A stretch of DNA of 64,000 bases from a plasmid. How positions within the stretch are numbered: position 1 is the stretch's first letter; every line of letters starts with the position of its first letter. The DNA is taken from the sequence record OW969666.1; one strand, given 5' to 3'. The notes under the pieces are model-generated. The model searched no databases, had not been told where the DNA came from, and was given only the letters and a program-made list of their open reading frames with translations. The translations under genes and the position numbers were made by a program. Of the stretch, positions 23,718 through 32,962 are shown piece by piece.

Positions 23718-24537
23718 GGCACTGTTGCAAAGTTAGCGATGAGGCAGCCTTTTGTCTTATTCAAAGGCCTTACATTTCAAAAACTCTGCTTACCAGGCGC
23801 ATTTCGCCCAGGGGATCACCATAATAAAATGCTGAGGCCTGGCCTTTGCGTAGTGCACGCATCACCTCAATACCTTTGATGGTGGCGTAAGCCGTCTTCA
23901 TGGATTTAAATCCCAGCGTGGCGCCGATTATCCGTTTCAGTTTGCCATGATCGCATTCAATCACGTTGTTCCGGTACTTAATCTGTCGGTGTTCAACGTC
24001 AGACGGGCACCGGCCTTCGCGTTTGAGCAGAGCAAGCGCGCGACCATAGGCGGGCGCTTTATCCGTGTTGATGAATCGCGGGATCTGCCACTTCTTCACG
24101 TTGTTGAGGATTTTACCCAGAAACCGGTATGCAGCTTTGCTGTTACGACGGGAGGAGAGATAAAAATCGACAGTGCGGCCCCGGCTGTCGACGGCCCGGT
24201 ACAGATACGCCCAGCGGCCATTGACCTTCACGTAGGTTTCATCCATGTGCCACGGGCAAAGATCGGAAGGGTTACGCCAGTACCAGCGCAGCCGTTTTTC
24301 CATTTCAGGCGCATAACGCTGAACCCAGCGGTAAATCGTGGAGTGATCGACATTCACTCCGCGTTCAGCCAGCATCTCCTGCAGCTCACGGTAACTGATG
24401 CCGTATTTGCAGTACCAGCGTACGGCCCACAGAATGATGTCACGCTGAAAATGCCGGCCTTTGAATGGGTTCATGTGCAGCTCCATCAGCAAAAGGGGAT
24501 GATAAGTTTATCACCACCGACTATTTGCAACAGTGCC
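23718..24537 (-). mobile_element. IS26: IS26 copy 4, complete at 820 bp.
   Basis: Identical sequence. IR at 24524-24537. Confidence 0.96.
23770..24474 (-). CDS. tnpA26: IS26 transposase Tnp26.
   Basis: Identical 234-aa protein. Confidence 0.97.
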   Translation of the reverse strand: MNPFKGRHFQRDIILWAVRWYCKYGISYRELQEMLAERGVNVDHSTIYRWVQRYAPEMEKRLRWYWRNPSDLCPWHMDETYVKVNGRWAYLYRAVDSRGRTVDFYLSSRRNSKAAYRFLGKILNNVKKWQIPRFINTDKAPAYGRALALLKREGRCPSDVEHRQIKYRNNVIECDHGKLKRIIGATLGFKSMKTAYATIKGIEVMRALRKGQASAFYYGDPLGEMRLVSRVFEM

Positions 24538-25121
24538 AGTTTGCGTGCAATACGGTTTCCCACGCCCCAGATCTCTTCGACCGGCTGCAGTGAAAGCAGT
24601 TTCCGCGTTCGCTGAGGATTCCCCCTGGTCAGGGCGAGCACACCACGAAACTGTTTCCACTCCTTTGAGGCCCACTGGGCTGATTTTGCCAGGGTTTTCG
24701 TCGGCCCGGCACCCACGCCGATGGTCAGACGGGTACAGTCATACACGTGCTGGCGCAGCTGCCGGCCGAAGTCCTCCAGGTCCATGCAGTGCTCAACGCC
24801 GGTCAGGTCGAGGAACATCTCGTCAATCGAATACTGTTCCACCCTTGGGGCCAGCTCCTCCAGGCAGCTCATCACGCGCGCTGACATCGAGGCATAAAGT
24901 TCATAGTTGCTTGAGAACGCGTATATTTTTTCCGGATACGTTTCGTTTTTCATCTGAAACCACGGCATGCCCATTTTGATCCAGGGCTTTGCCTCGGCAC
25001 TTCTTGCGATAACGCAGCCATCGTTATTACTGAGCACCACAACCGGCTTTCCTTTCAAATCCGGGCGGAAAACACGTTCGCAGCTGGCATAAAAGCTGTT
25101 CACATCGGCCAGGGCAAACAT
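24538..25121 (-). pseudogene. umuC: Y-family error-prone DNA polymerase subunit UmuC/MucB-like. N-terminal 194 codons only, 3'-truncated by IS26 copy 4.
   Basis: [45 protein letters not shown]... is the UmuC/MucB/ImpB N-terminus. The frame runs into the IS26 IR. Confidence 0.85.
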
Positions 25122-25552
25122 CAGTACATCTCCCTCGGGCGGTGGATGATGTGCGTGACGACGCCAAAGATATCCAGATCGTCCGGGTCGGGATAAATCG
25201 GCGGCCAGGCGGCGTTCATTGGCTGCAGCGTCAGTCGTGGCGTCAGCAGAAGCCGTTTAACCGTAAACTCCCCCTGCACACTGGCCACAACAATATCGCC
25301 GTGCCGGGGCTTCTCTGCACTGTCCACAACCAGCAGATCGCCATTGTAAAGGCTGCCGTCGGACATGCTGTCACCGCTGGCACGGAGATAGTAAGTCGCG
25401 CTTGGGTGCCGTATGCAGTAATCATGGAGATCCAGGTCGGACTCGACATAGTCAGCGGCAGGGCTCGGAAAACCGCAGCTGGCCAGGTCTGCAAACAACG
25501 GATGGGCCTGTGGCGGGAGTGCTTTCCCGGTGCTGAAAAGCTGCAGTTTCAT
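25121..25552 (-). CDS. umuD: UmuD/MucA-like SOS mutagenesis protein (LexA-type S24 peptidase fold), 143 aa.
   Basis: ...[53 protein letters not shown]... with a Ser/Lys dyad context. Overlaps the umuC start (ATGA). Confidence 0.85.
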   Translation of the reverse strand: MKLQLFSTGKALPPQAHPLFADLASCGFPSPAADYVESDLDLHDYCIRHPSATYYLRASGDSMSDGSLYNGDLLVVDSAEKPRHGDIVVASVQGEFTVKRLLLTPRLTLQPMNAAWPPIYPDPDDLDIFGVVTHIIHRPREMY

Positions 25553-25576
25553 CTTTCCTCCTGACGTCTAAATATA

Positions 25577-25592
25577 CTGGATATGCATACAG
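25577..25592. promoter_or_regulatory. LexA (SOS) box CTGGATATGCATACAG upstream of umuD.
   Basis: CTG-N10-CAG palindrome located 25 bp upstream of the umuD start. Confidence 0.55.
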
Positions 25593-25780
25593 TATATTTA
25601 ACAGCGTGAGGATAATCCAGATCACCTGCTTCATGAACAGGGTGAGTAACCTAAGTTACTCAAAATGCTATTTAATATCATTATGGAACATTTAAATTAC
25701 TCATAATGAGAAGTATGGCTTTTATTTTGCCATTTTGCTCTTATAATATGTATCAAATTGAGTTTAATTGACGGAGCATA

Positions 25781-26755
25781 ATGATGAATATTTACTGCGA
25801 TGATGGTTCAACTAATGTTAAGCTGGCATGGTTTGAAGGAAACGAGCTGCAGACCCGGGTTTCTGCTAACTCCTTCCGGCATGGCTGGAAAGTGGCGGAA
25901 TTCAGTGCCGCAACGTTCAACTATCAGGTGGGCACGCTGAAATACACCTGGGACAGCGTCAGCCGGGATGCCATCCCGACAACAAACGTGGAATACCAGT
26001 ACGGTGATCTCAACCTGCTGGCCGTGCATCATGCCCTGCTGAACAGCGGACTTGAGCCGCAGCCGGTGAGCCTGGCCGTGACGCTGCCCCTGAGCGAGTA
26101 TTATGACGGGGACTGCCAGCGGAACGAGGAGAACATCCGACGCAAACGAGAAAACCTGATGCGTGAGCTGGTTCTGAATAAGGGCAGGGCATTTACCGTA
26201 ACGGACGTGAAGGTGATGCCTGAATCACTGCCGGCGGCGTTCTCCCGTCTCGCGGAGCTGAAGCCCGGACCCGCTGAGACCACCCTGATTATCGATCTCG
26301 GCGGAACCACGCTCGATGCCGGCGTGATTGTCGGACAGTTTGATGATATCAGTGCGGTACACGGCAATCCGTCTGTCGGCGTGTCACAGGTCACCCGCGC
26401 AGCTGCAGGCGCGCTGCGGGCTGCAGACAGCGAAACCAGCGCGCTTATTGCTGACACGGTCATCCGCAACCGCAATGATCGTCAGTATCTGCAGCGAGTG
26501 ATCAACGATGCCGGAAAAATTGACGATGTTCTGAACAAAATTACAGAGGCAATCACTTCCCTGGGCGCGCGTGTCACCAGTGAGCTGACGGTCTTCAGGA
26601 GCGTTAACCGGGTATTCCTGGTCGGGGGAGGGGCATCCCTCATTGAAGAGGCTATCCGTCAGGCCTGGCCTCTGGCTCCTGACCGTATCGAGGTTATCGG
26701 CGATCCGCAGCTGGCGCTGGCCAGAGAGATTGCCCTTTACAATAAAGAGGACTAA
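25781..26755 (+). CDS. parM: Actin-like plasmid segregation ATPase ParM/StbA (324 aa).
   Basis: MMNIYCDDGSTNVKLAWFEGNELQTRVSANSFRHGW...VAVHHALLNSGL... is colinear with R100 StbA/ParM (IDDGSTNIKL..., AVHHALLTSGL). Confidence 0.9.
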   Translation: MMNIYCDDGSTNVKLAWFEGNELQTRVSANSFRHGWKVAEFSAATFNYQVGTLKYTWDSVSRDAIPTTNVEYQYGDLNLLAVHHALLNSGLEPQPVSLAVTLPLSEYYDGDCQRNEENIRRKRENLMRELVLNKGRAFTVTDVKVMPESLPAAFSRLAELKPGPAETTLIIDLGGTTLDAGVIVGQFDDISAVHGNPSVGVSQVTRAAAGALRAADSETSALIADTVIRNRNDRQYLQRVINDAGKIDDVLNKITEAITSLGARVTSELTVFRSVNRVFLVGGGASLIEEAIRQAWPLAPDRIEVIGDPQLALAREIALYNKED

Positions 26756-26757
26756 AC

Positions 26758-27420
26758 GTGCCGGACGGCCAGTATTCTTTCTATCTGCACAGCGACGATC
26801 GCACCGACATCACGGCGATGGCGACCATCAGCACCATCTCACAGCCCCTGCGCGGTGACTTCATTCGGACCGCCGCCACCGCCGGGGCGGTGATGTACCA
26901 GACGGATGCCCGTTTACCGGCGCTGATCCCGGTGTTCTTTGACGGACATCTGAGTGCCATCCGGCTTTGTGCCGTGATGGCGCTGGTATCCGGCACCTGG
27001 TCTTCACTCTCAGGACTTCCTGATGAGCCTGATGGTGGCGTTGCTGCTCTGGCCATGTCACCGGAGACCGAATACCAGCGCCGGCGTTACACCCTGACGC
27101 TTCAGGATGACCGGAGCAGTGAACGGGTTGAGCGTGTGCTGACGGGCGTGTCATCCCGCCTGCGCGGAGAGCTGCTGAGAAACCTGATAATCACCGGTCT
27201 GGCCCTGCATACGACCGCACCGGAGCTGCCGCGTCTGCTGGCCAGCATGCCGGTACCGCCCGGCACGGTCAGCGAGTTGCAGGTTCTGGTTCAGCAGATG
27301 GCCGATACGGCTGACGTGAGTATGGCTGCAGTGCCGGCGAAACCTGCGGAGCCTGCCGCACCGGTATCCGCTGAAGCGACCAGCATAAAGAAAAATATGC
27401 GCCGGGCATTCGGAGACTAG
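26758..27420 (+). CDS. Putative partition adaptor downstream of parM (StbB/ParR position). 220 aa with an Ala/Pro-rich C-terminus. No clear RHH motif seen.
   Basis: Gene position and translational coupling with parM. GTG start at 26758. Confidence 0.4.
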   Translation: MPDGQYSFYLHSDDRTDITAMATISTISQPLRGDFIRTAATAGAVMYQTDARLPALIPVFFDGHLSAIRLCAVMALVSGTWSSLSGLPDEPDGGVAALAMSPETEYQRRRYTLTLQDDRSSERVERVLTGVSSRLRGELLRNLIITGLALHTTAPELPRLLASMPVPPGTVSELQVLVQQMADTADVSMAAVPAKPAEPAAPVSAEATSIKKNMRRAFGD

Positions 27421-27423
27421 AGC

Positions 27424-27687
27424 ATGTCAGTGATTAAACAAAAAGCAGTGCAGTGCATTCATAACTTTCTGCGGGCCCGGAACGTGCCTGAATCTCAGTG
27501 GCCGGAACGGGTCAAAAAGACCGGCAGGGGAATGATACTGGCTGGCGTGGCCGTCGTGGTTCCTGGCGTTCTGGTTGATAACATCTCACTGCCGGTGACA
27601 ATCGCGATGCAGGTCTGCTATGCCTCACTGATCGGCCTCGGGGTTCTCCTGGCGTTTGACGAGAAAAAACCAGAGGGGCGGGGATGA
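27424..27687 (+). CDS. Small hypothetical membrane protein (87 aa, two predicted TM segments).
   Basis: Hydrophobic stretch GMILAGVAVVVPGVLV...AMQVCYASLIGLGVLLAF. Translationally coupled to the preceding gene. Confidence 0.3.
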   Translation: MSVIKQKAVQCIHNFLRARNVPESQWPERVKKTGRGMILAGVAVVVPGVLVDNISLPVTIAMQVCYASLIGLGVLLAFDEKKPEGRG

Positions 27688-27715
27688 ATATGAACATTAA
27701 CCTGAAGGAAACAGT

Positions 27716-27919
27716 ATGCAGCTTGAAGAACTGACAGGAGACGAACGTACGCTGGTCGTTGTGGCACTGCAGGCGTTGTTCCGCGAGAGATTATCCGCAT
27801 CAAATGCCGTCTTTACGGTATGTAGCCTGTCCGGAAAAGAGCAGCCGCCGGAAGATATTTTTGGGCTGCGTGAAGTAGAGGATGCGCTGAGACGTATTGG
27901 TGCAGCTCCTGCGCGTTAA
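27716..27919 (+). CDS. Hypothetical small protein (67 aa).
   Basis: ORF with RBS-like AAGGAAACAG upstream. No recognisable motifs. Confidence 0.3.
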   Translation: MQLEELTGDERTLVVVALQALFRERLSASNAVFTVCSLSGKEQPPEDIFGLREVEDALRRIGAAPAR

Positions 27920-28079
27920 ATCCGGTCCCGTACACTTCAGAAAAAAACGGCAGAGTGACATCTCATCCCTGCCGTCAAAACTAAACGCTTAATTTTTCGG
28001 CGATTATAATGTATTGTTTTGTGATGTAAATCACATTTTAATTTAATGTGAAATTTTTCCTCCGCTTTATATCTCCCGT

Positions 28080-28270
28080 AAAAAATTACCCGCCGTGCCT
28101 TCACGCTAACCCGGCCGCTGCGGTCGCAAGGGTTCACGTTGTCTCCGTCCTCACCCGTTCGCGCCCTGCACGGTGCATTCAGCCCGTGAAGGGCTTGCGC
28201 TGCGGCTTCGGCGTCTCCCTGGCGTCCTCCGCTTTACGCCGTGTTTTTGTGGCGGCACGGCGCAAGAGGG
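28080..28270 (+). repeat. Frpo-like leading-region single-strand promoter / ssi-type repeat, copy 1 (approximate bounds).
   Basis: About 190-bp GC-rich element CCTTCACGCTAACCCGGC...GGTTCACGTTGTCTCCGTCCTCACCCGTTCGC...CACGGTGCATTCAGCCCGTGAAGGGCTTGCGCTGCGGCTT...TTTTGTGGCGGCACGGCGCAA with extensive dyad symmetry. Present three times in direct orientation, each just upstream of a gene. Confidence 0.55.
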
Positions 28271-28293
28271 TGCCGGATGCTGAGGACACAACC

Positions 28294-28761
28294 ATGTTCA
28301 GACTGACCTGTATTGAACCCGATAACGGCGAGTTTGCCGTCTATATCAATCACCATTACCTGGGGAGTGAAGATGCCAGCGGAGAGCGACTTTCTCTGGG
28401 GGAGGTTCTGGAGCAGCTCTCCCTGCTGCCGGGCGTGGAATTACAGACCCTGCTGGAACCCGTACCGGAGTGCGATGACTGGTGCTGGAACGACATCGCC
28501 GATCGCGTCCTGCCGCCGCGTCCTGCATGTCGTGATGATGTGACGGTAGCAGGGCTCATCGCCAGGCTGAAGCAGTACCCACCGGATGCACTGTGTATGG
28601 GGACGTTCTGGCTGGAAGATGATTTTCTGTCGCTCGATAGCAGTCTGTCGGAGGAGGAAATTGCAGAAGCCATGCGTATCGGCGACCACAGCCACGATGC
28701 AGGCATCGGTTTTAATTGGGACACGCTGCAGTTCGCTATCGACCACGTGAAGGGGCGCTGA
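28294..28761 (+). CDS. Hypothetical leading-region protein (155 aa), acidic.
   Basis: ATG directly after Frpo-like copy 1. The computed ORF 28048-28761 runs through the repeat, so the internal start was chosen. Confidence 0.5.
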   Translation: MFRLTCIEPDNGEFAVYINHHYLGSEDASGERLSLGEVLEQLSLLPGVELQTLLEPVPECDDWCWNDIADRVLPPRPACRDDVTVAGLIARLKQYPPDALCMGTFWLEDDFLSLDSSLSEEEIAEAMRIGDHSHDAGIGFNWDTLQFAIDHVKGR

Positions 28762-29059
28762 AAAAAAGGACACCATCCGGGGAGGGGGTGTCCTGAAGCC
28801 ATGCAATTCGTTACAGGTGAAAACCCTTAAGATGTTTTCGGCGCTGATAATCACATAATCACTTCGCACTTTCACCTGCCATATATCCGAATCAAAAAAA
28901 AGACGTCTCCGGTCGGGGACGTCCTGAAATCAAAGGCACACATGTCAGATAACGGCGCGAATCCATTATCAGCGTGCATTCTGCCATACACTCACGTACT
29001 CATCAGCTACCAGAACCGGTACCGAAGGATGTCGGTTCCCTCCGCCTTATTGCCGCCAG

Positions 29060-29280
29060 CCGGCGGCGTGTTCAACGCCGTGCCTTCACGCTAACCCGGC
29101 TGCTGTGGTCGCAAGGGTTCACGTTGTCTCCGTCCTCACCCGTTCGCACGTTTCACGGTGCATTCAGCCCGTGAAAGGCTTGCGCTGCGGCTTGCGGCGT
29201 CGCCCCTGCGCCCTCCGCTTTTCGCCGGGTTTTTGTGGCGGCACGGCGCAACAGGGTGCCGCATATCAGAGAGGAGTGTG
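29060..29280 (+). repeat. Frpo-like repeat, copy 2.
   Basis: Near-identical to copy 1 (CCTTCACGCTAACCCGGCTGCTGTGGTCGCAAGGGTTCACGTTGTCTCCGTCCTCACCCGTTCGCACG...). Confidence 0.55.
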
Positions 29281-29283
29281 TCT

Positions 29284-29976
29284 ATGTCCCGTTTTATTCT
29301 GGGTGACTGCGTGCAGGTGATGTCCCGTTTTCCGGCACGTGCCGTCGATTTTATTCTTACCGATCCACCGTACCTGGTTGGCTATAAGGACCGTACCGGC
29401 CGCACCCTGGCCGGGGACAACTCTGCCGAATGGCTCCAGCCCGCCTGTCATGAAATGTACCGCGTGCTGAAAAATGACAGCCTGATGGTGAGTTTCTATG
29501 CCTGGAACCGCGCGGATCTGTTTCTGAATGCGTGGAAAACGGCCGGTTTCCGGGTGGTTGGCCATATCGTCTTTGCCAAGAGCTACGCCTCAAAATCGAC
29601 GTTCGTGGGTTACACCCATGAGAGCGCCTACCTGCTGGCGAAGGGAAGGCCGCAAACCCCGGACCGTCCCATCCCGGACGTGATCCCCTGGAAATACACG
29701 GGCAACCGACATCACCCGACGGAGAAGCCGGTGCAGAGCCTGCGGCCGCTGATTGAATCGCTCACGCGTCCGGGGGCTATTGTCCTTGACCCGTTCGCCG
29801 GCAGCGGCTCCACCTGCGTGGCCGCCGCCGAAGCCAGCCGCCGCTATATCGGGATCGAGATGCTTGAGCAGTACCACGCCGCCGGCGTTCGACGTCTGGC
29901 ACAGGTTGAACGGGCAAGAAGGATGCCGGCGGCCAATGACGGCGCGTTTTACCCCGACTGGCCGGAGGCGGCATGA
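29284..29976 (+). CDS. Orphan DNA methyltransferase (230 aa), N6-adenine/N4-cytosine class, DPPY motif. No cognate restriction enzyme adjacent.
   Basis: ILTDPPYLVGY (motif IV) and LDPFAGSGSTCVAA (motif I, FxGxG). Located in the leading region directly behind a Frpo-like element. Confidence 0.85.
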   Translation: MSRFILGDCVQVMSRFPARAVDFILTDPPYLVGYKDRTGRTLAGDNSAEWLQPACHEMYRVLKNDSLMVSFYAWNRADLFLNAWKTAGFRVVGHIVFAKSYASKSTFVGYTHESAYLLAKGRPQTPDRPIPDVIPWKYTGNRHHPTEKPVQSLRPLIESLTRPGAIVLDPFAGSGSTCVAAAEASRRYIGIEMLEQYHAAGVRRLAQVERARRMPAANDGAFYPDWPEAA

Positions 29977-30194
29977 ACTACCCGGGCCTTGAACACCTGC
30001 GCGCGGACGTGGCCGCGCTCAGCAATGCCATGTGTGACGTGCGGATGCTGCTGAACCGCCTCGAATCGCAGCACCGGCACGACGCGGCAACGCTTACCGA
30101 ACGTATGGCTGCGCAGACTCTGCGCCGGATCAACACCCTGCTTCTTGAAGCCTACCGCGAAGCCCTGGTGCTGGACGAAACCTTTCAGGACTGA
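29973..30194 (+). CDS. Hypothetical small protein (73 aa). Translationally coupled to the methyltransferase (ATGA overlap).
   Basis: ORF overlap and a coiled-coil-like sequence. Confidence 0.35.
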   Translation: MNYPGLEHLRADVAALSNAMCDVRMLLNRLESQHRHDAATLTERMAAQTLRRINTLLLEAYREALVLDETFQD

Positions 30195-30249
30195 CTGACC
30201 CTGCCGGGCTGATGCCCGGCCTGTAACCCCTTACAAGAGAGAACAAACG

Positions 30250-30672
30250 ATGTACGGAACCCGCGAAGAACTTTGTGTACAGCTTAAAAACATGTTCACG
30301 TTTGACGAACCCCTGGTCCTGCTGGTCTGGACGGAAGAGGGGATTAGCGTGGCCTGCCGTGAAGCCCAGCCAGAACCGGACGGGGCTGAAATCCGGAATC
30401 TGATGAAGGCGATCGGCGAAATGAAAATGACGCAATACCGCCAGGAGGGGGTAAATAATCTGACTGTCAGCGATCTCCTGGCCCGTCAGTGGGAAGTGGC
30501 AAACCGTCAGGTGAGTGTTCCGGCGGTACTCCTGTCCCGCGTCCTGCGTAACTATGAATGCGAGCTGGAAAACCGGATCGGTATGGCCTGGGAAGCCGGG
30601 CGGCAGGAGCCTGAATCCGTCAGGAATGAGCTGAAGGACGTTCACGCATTACAGGAGACGCTGGCCGCGTAA
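30250..30672 (+). CDS. Hypothetical leading-region protein (140 aa).
   Basis: ORF with RBS GAGAGAACAAACGATG. No recognisable motifs. Confidence 0.45.
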   Translation: MYGTREELCVQLKNMFTFDEPLVLLVWTEEGISVACREAQPEPDGAEIRNLMKAIGEMKMTQYRQEGVNNLTVSDLLARQWEVANRQVSVPAVLLSRVLRNYECELENRIGMAWEAGRQEPESVRNELKDVHALQETLAA

Positions 30673-30829
30673 GGGAGAGAGCCGGGGTAACGCCCCGGCA
30701 ACCGGTGGCCATCCACTGCGAAAAGGATGTCAGTGCCTTTCGCTTTTATCCGCCGCTGCCCTCCGGGCCACGTCGGGACAATGAAACTCCTCTGAAGCTC
30801 CGTGCGGTGACGGCATGCGCCGTGACTTC

Positions 30830-31010
30830 ACTGTAGCCCGGCCGCATCGGCCACAAGGGTTCGCTTACGCCTCCGTCCTCACCCGTTCGCACCCTTCACG
30901 GTGCATTCAGCCCGTGAAGGCTTTGCGCTGCGGCTTGCGGCGTCGCCCCTGTGTCCTCCGCTTTTCGCCGGTTTGTCGTGTCGTCACGGCGATGCCGGAA
31001 CCGAGAATAT
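30830..31010 (+). repeat. Frpo-like repeat, copy 3.
   Basis: GCCCGGCCGCATCGGCCACAAGGGTTCGCTTACGCCTCCGTCCTCACCCGTTCGCACCCTTCACGGTGCATTCAGCCCGTGAAGGCTTTGCGCTGCGGCTTGCGGCGTCGCCCCTG... Confidence 0.55.
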
Positions 31011-31028
31011 GTTAACCGTGGAGGATCT

Positions 31029-31457
31029 ATGAACCAGACCGTGACCTGTGATGCTGTTCGTCTTGAGGGTGCGCAGCGCCTGACTTTCCTGCCTGATTTG
31101 TTTGGCGGCGATTTTATGACGTCCGAGGCATCCGTGTACGCCTACGCCCAGCGTTACTGCCCTGAGTATCAGGGGGGATTCTGGCAGTTTTACCGGCTGC
31201 CGGAAGGCGGCGGATATATGGCGCCTGACGTGGAGAGCCTGACCCTGTGCAATCCGGACAACTGGTTTGAGGAGACTGTCAGCGGGGAAGTGGCGGGGAT
31301 CATCCTCACGGCGCTGGTACTGAATCACCGGAGCTGGCACCACAGCAACCATGACCATGAAGAACTGTGCCGCCACTTCTGCCGTCGCTATGAGCAGCTT
31401 ATGGCATTTGCTGACACCCATCCGGAAAGCGCCACCATCTGGCGTGCCCTTGACTGA
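31029..31457 (+). CDS. klcA: KlcA/ArdB-family antirestriction protein (142 aa).
   Basis: RLTFLPDLFGGDFMTSEASVYAYAQRYCPEYQGGFWQFYRLPEGGGYMAPD...FADTHPESATIWRALD is colinear with RK2 KlcA (RLSFLPG...LRRLCPDYRGGYWHFYQLSNGGFYMAPE...AAGHAESGAIYRAID). Confidence 0.75.
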   Translation: MNQTVTCDAVRLEGAQRLTFLPDLFGGDFMTSEASVYAYAQRYCPEYQGGFWQFYRLPEGGGYMAPDVESLTLCNPDNWFEETVSGEVAGIILTALVLNHRSWHHSNHDHEELCRHFCRRYEQLMAFADTHPESATIWRALD

Positions 31458-31499
31458 CTGACCACGGGCGGTGATGCCGCCCGATAAAAGGAGAAAAAC

Positions 31500-31910
31500 A
31501 TGATTGGTACAGCAAGAGAAATTGCCCTTGAAATGTTCAGACATTCCGACCTCGATGGCGAGAAATACGTTTTCGCCTGCTGGAATCGAAATGACATTCG
31601 TTGCGTCTGCCTTGACTGGGATTTAACCGATGAGGAACTGGATGAAGTCCTGCGTCGGCTAAGTTCATGCCTTGAAAGTGGCGCGGATATCGGCCAGATA
31701 CGGGCGATTGTCGAAACCATGCTCGATGAGCGACGCGAGAAGCGAACCGTGACTATTCCCGCGAAATCGCTGGCCTTAGTCATGCAGCTTGCAGGACGGG
31801 AGATGCAACGTATCGCAGTATGCGCGGAGGATGGCGGCGGATCAGCTGAAGAAACCCTGAAAGAAGAAAACGACGTCATGATGCGCCTGCGCGCGGCGCT
31901 CGATGCCTGA
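31500..31910 (+). CDS. Hypothetical leading-region protein (136 aa).
   Basis: ORF with RBS AAGGAGAAAAACATG. Confidence 0.45.
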   Translation: MIGTAREIALEMFRHSDLDGEKYVFACWNRNDIRCVCLDWDLTDEELDEVLRRLSSCLESGADIGQIRAIVETMLDERREKRTVTIPAKSLALVMQLAGREMQRIAVCAEDGGGSAEETLKEENDVMMRLRAALDA

Positions 31911-32334
31911 CAGAGAAACCGGAGGCATTGCCTCCGGAAACAGAACAAAAGGAGAACACCTTGCAACTGTCACCGGAAACCCGCAGCATCCTGCGCCAGT
32001 ATAAAACACTTATCAACGAGCGACGTCGCGAATCCGGACTCAGCCCCGTAACCACAGCTAAAGTGCTTGAAGAGATCTGCGAATCGGCTACCCGCCAGTG
32101 CGCCGTCTATCTTTGCGGCCACTTCATTCTCCAGGGCGGTCAGGGGGATGCACAGTAAATAATCCGGGCGGGGCATAGGCGCCGCCTGTTCGCGCGCGAA
32201 AACCCTGTCATCCCTTCGGGCTGACGGACGGTAAGGCCAGCGCCTGCGGCGCTGCCCCCTCCCGCCCGGATGTAAGCCCGGAGAGATGCAGATGAAAGGC
32301 ATTGTGAGGGCAAATTGTCACGGATACGGTCCTG

Positions 32335-32434
32335 CGTGGCGTGGCGTGGCGTGGCGTGGCGTGGCGTGGCGTGGCGTGGCGTGGCGTGGCGTGGCGTGGC
32401 GTGGCGTGGCGTGGCGTGGCGTGGCGTGGCGTGG
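32335..32434. repeat. Perfect pentanucleotide microsatellite (CGTGG)x20, 100 bp.
   Basis: Read directly: cgtggcgtggcgtgg... uninterrupted from 32335 to 32434. Neither strand shows a convincing gene through it; both overlapping ORFs are repeat translations. Confidence 0.95.
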
Positions 32435-32469
32435 CGGCTCTGAAACCCGATCAGCAAATCCTCTGAAAA

Positions 32470-32962
32470 CACCTGAATCCCACTTCTGGCCCCCTTCGGC
32501 TCCCGGCCAGCGCTGCTGTCCGGTCGTCGAGCCCCACTCCGCCAGGGCGGCCGCTGCGCACCCGCCGGGCTCCGCCGAACCCCTCCGGGTTTCGGGCTGA
32601 CGCTAGGGTCTGATGGCGAAGGTCAAGGGCTGCGGCTTCTCCGGCCGTGCCGTCCGGAACGCCTTCACCGCGCCGGCTGATGCCGTCGCTTTAATGGCGC
32701 CACGCCGTTCCGACGTGTCGGGTGTGTGCATCCTGTTCCCCCGGTGAAGCCATCCCCCGTGCGTCCTCACGCGGAGGGCTTGTCGTAGCACCGTCGGGTC
32801 GTCATCCAAGGGGTGAAATGCACTCCGCCAAAACTTTTTGCGTGCCGCAAAAACTTTAGTCTCCGCCCCTTTCCTTCCTCCCTTCGCCGTTGCTCCTTTG
32901 CCCTTTGCCGCGAGAGAACTCACCAGGGAGATGGACAACCATCACCACAGGAGAAAACCAGG
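32470..32962 (+). repeat. Leading-region repeat module A (about 500 bp). Carries a palindromic operator and a conserved RBS/leader that runs into the downstream small ORF.
   Basis: Shares long identical stretches with 36500-37066 and 39520-40088. Contains the near-palindrome AAAACTTTTTGCG-TGC-CGCAAAAACTTT at about 32834-32862. Confidence 0.7.

Noticed and set aside
28048-28761. 237-aa version of the ORF starting at 28048 (likewise 29158 and 30951 for the next two genes).
   Set aside because: The N-terminal extensions run through the Frpo-like GC-rich repeats and are conserved at DNA level, not protein level. Internal ATGs directly after the repeats with RBS were preferred.
32335-32434. Considered whether the regular repeat could be a degenerate CRISPR array.
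   Set aside because: The unit is 5 nt with no spacers and no cas genes. It is a simple microsatellite.
32140-32600. ORFs encoding (HATPR)n on the minus strand (32140-32472) and (GVAWR)n on the plus strand (32286-32600), considered as a pentapeptide-repeat protein.
   Set aside because: Both are translations of the (CGTGG)20 microsatellite on opposite strands. No start context. A five-residue period with no other features is not credible as a gene.
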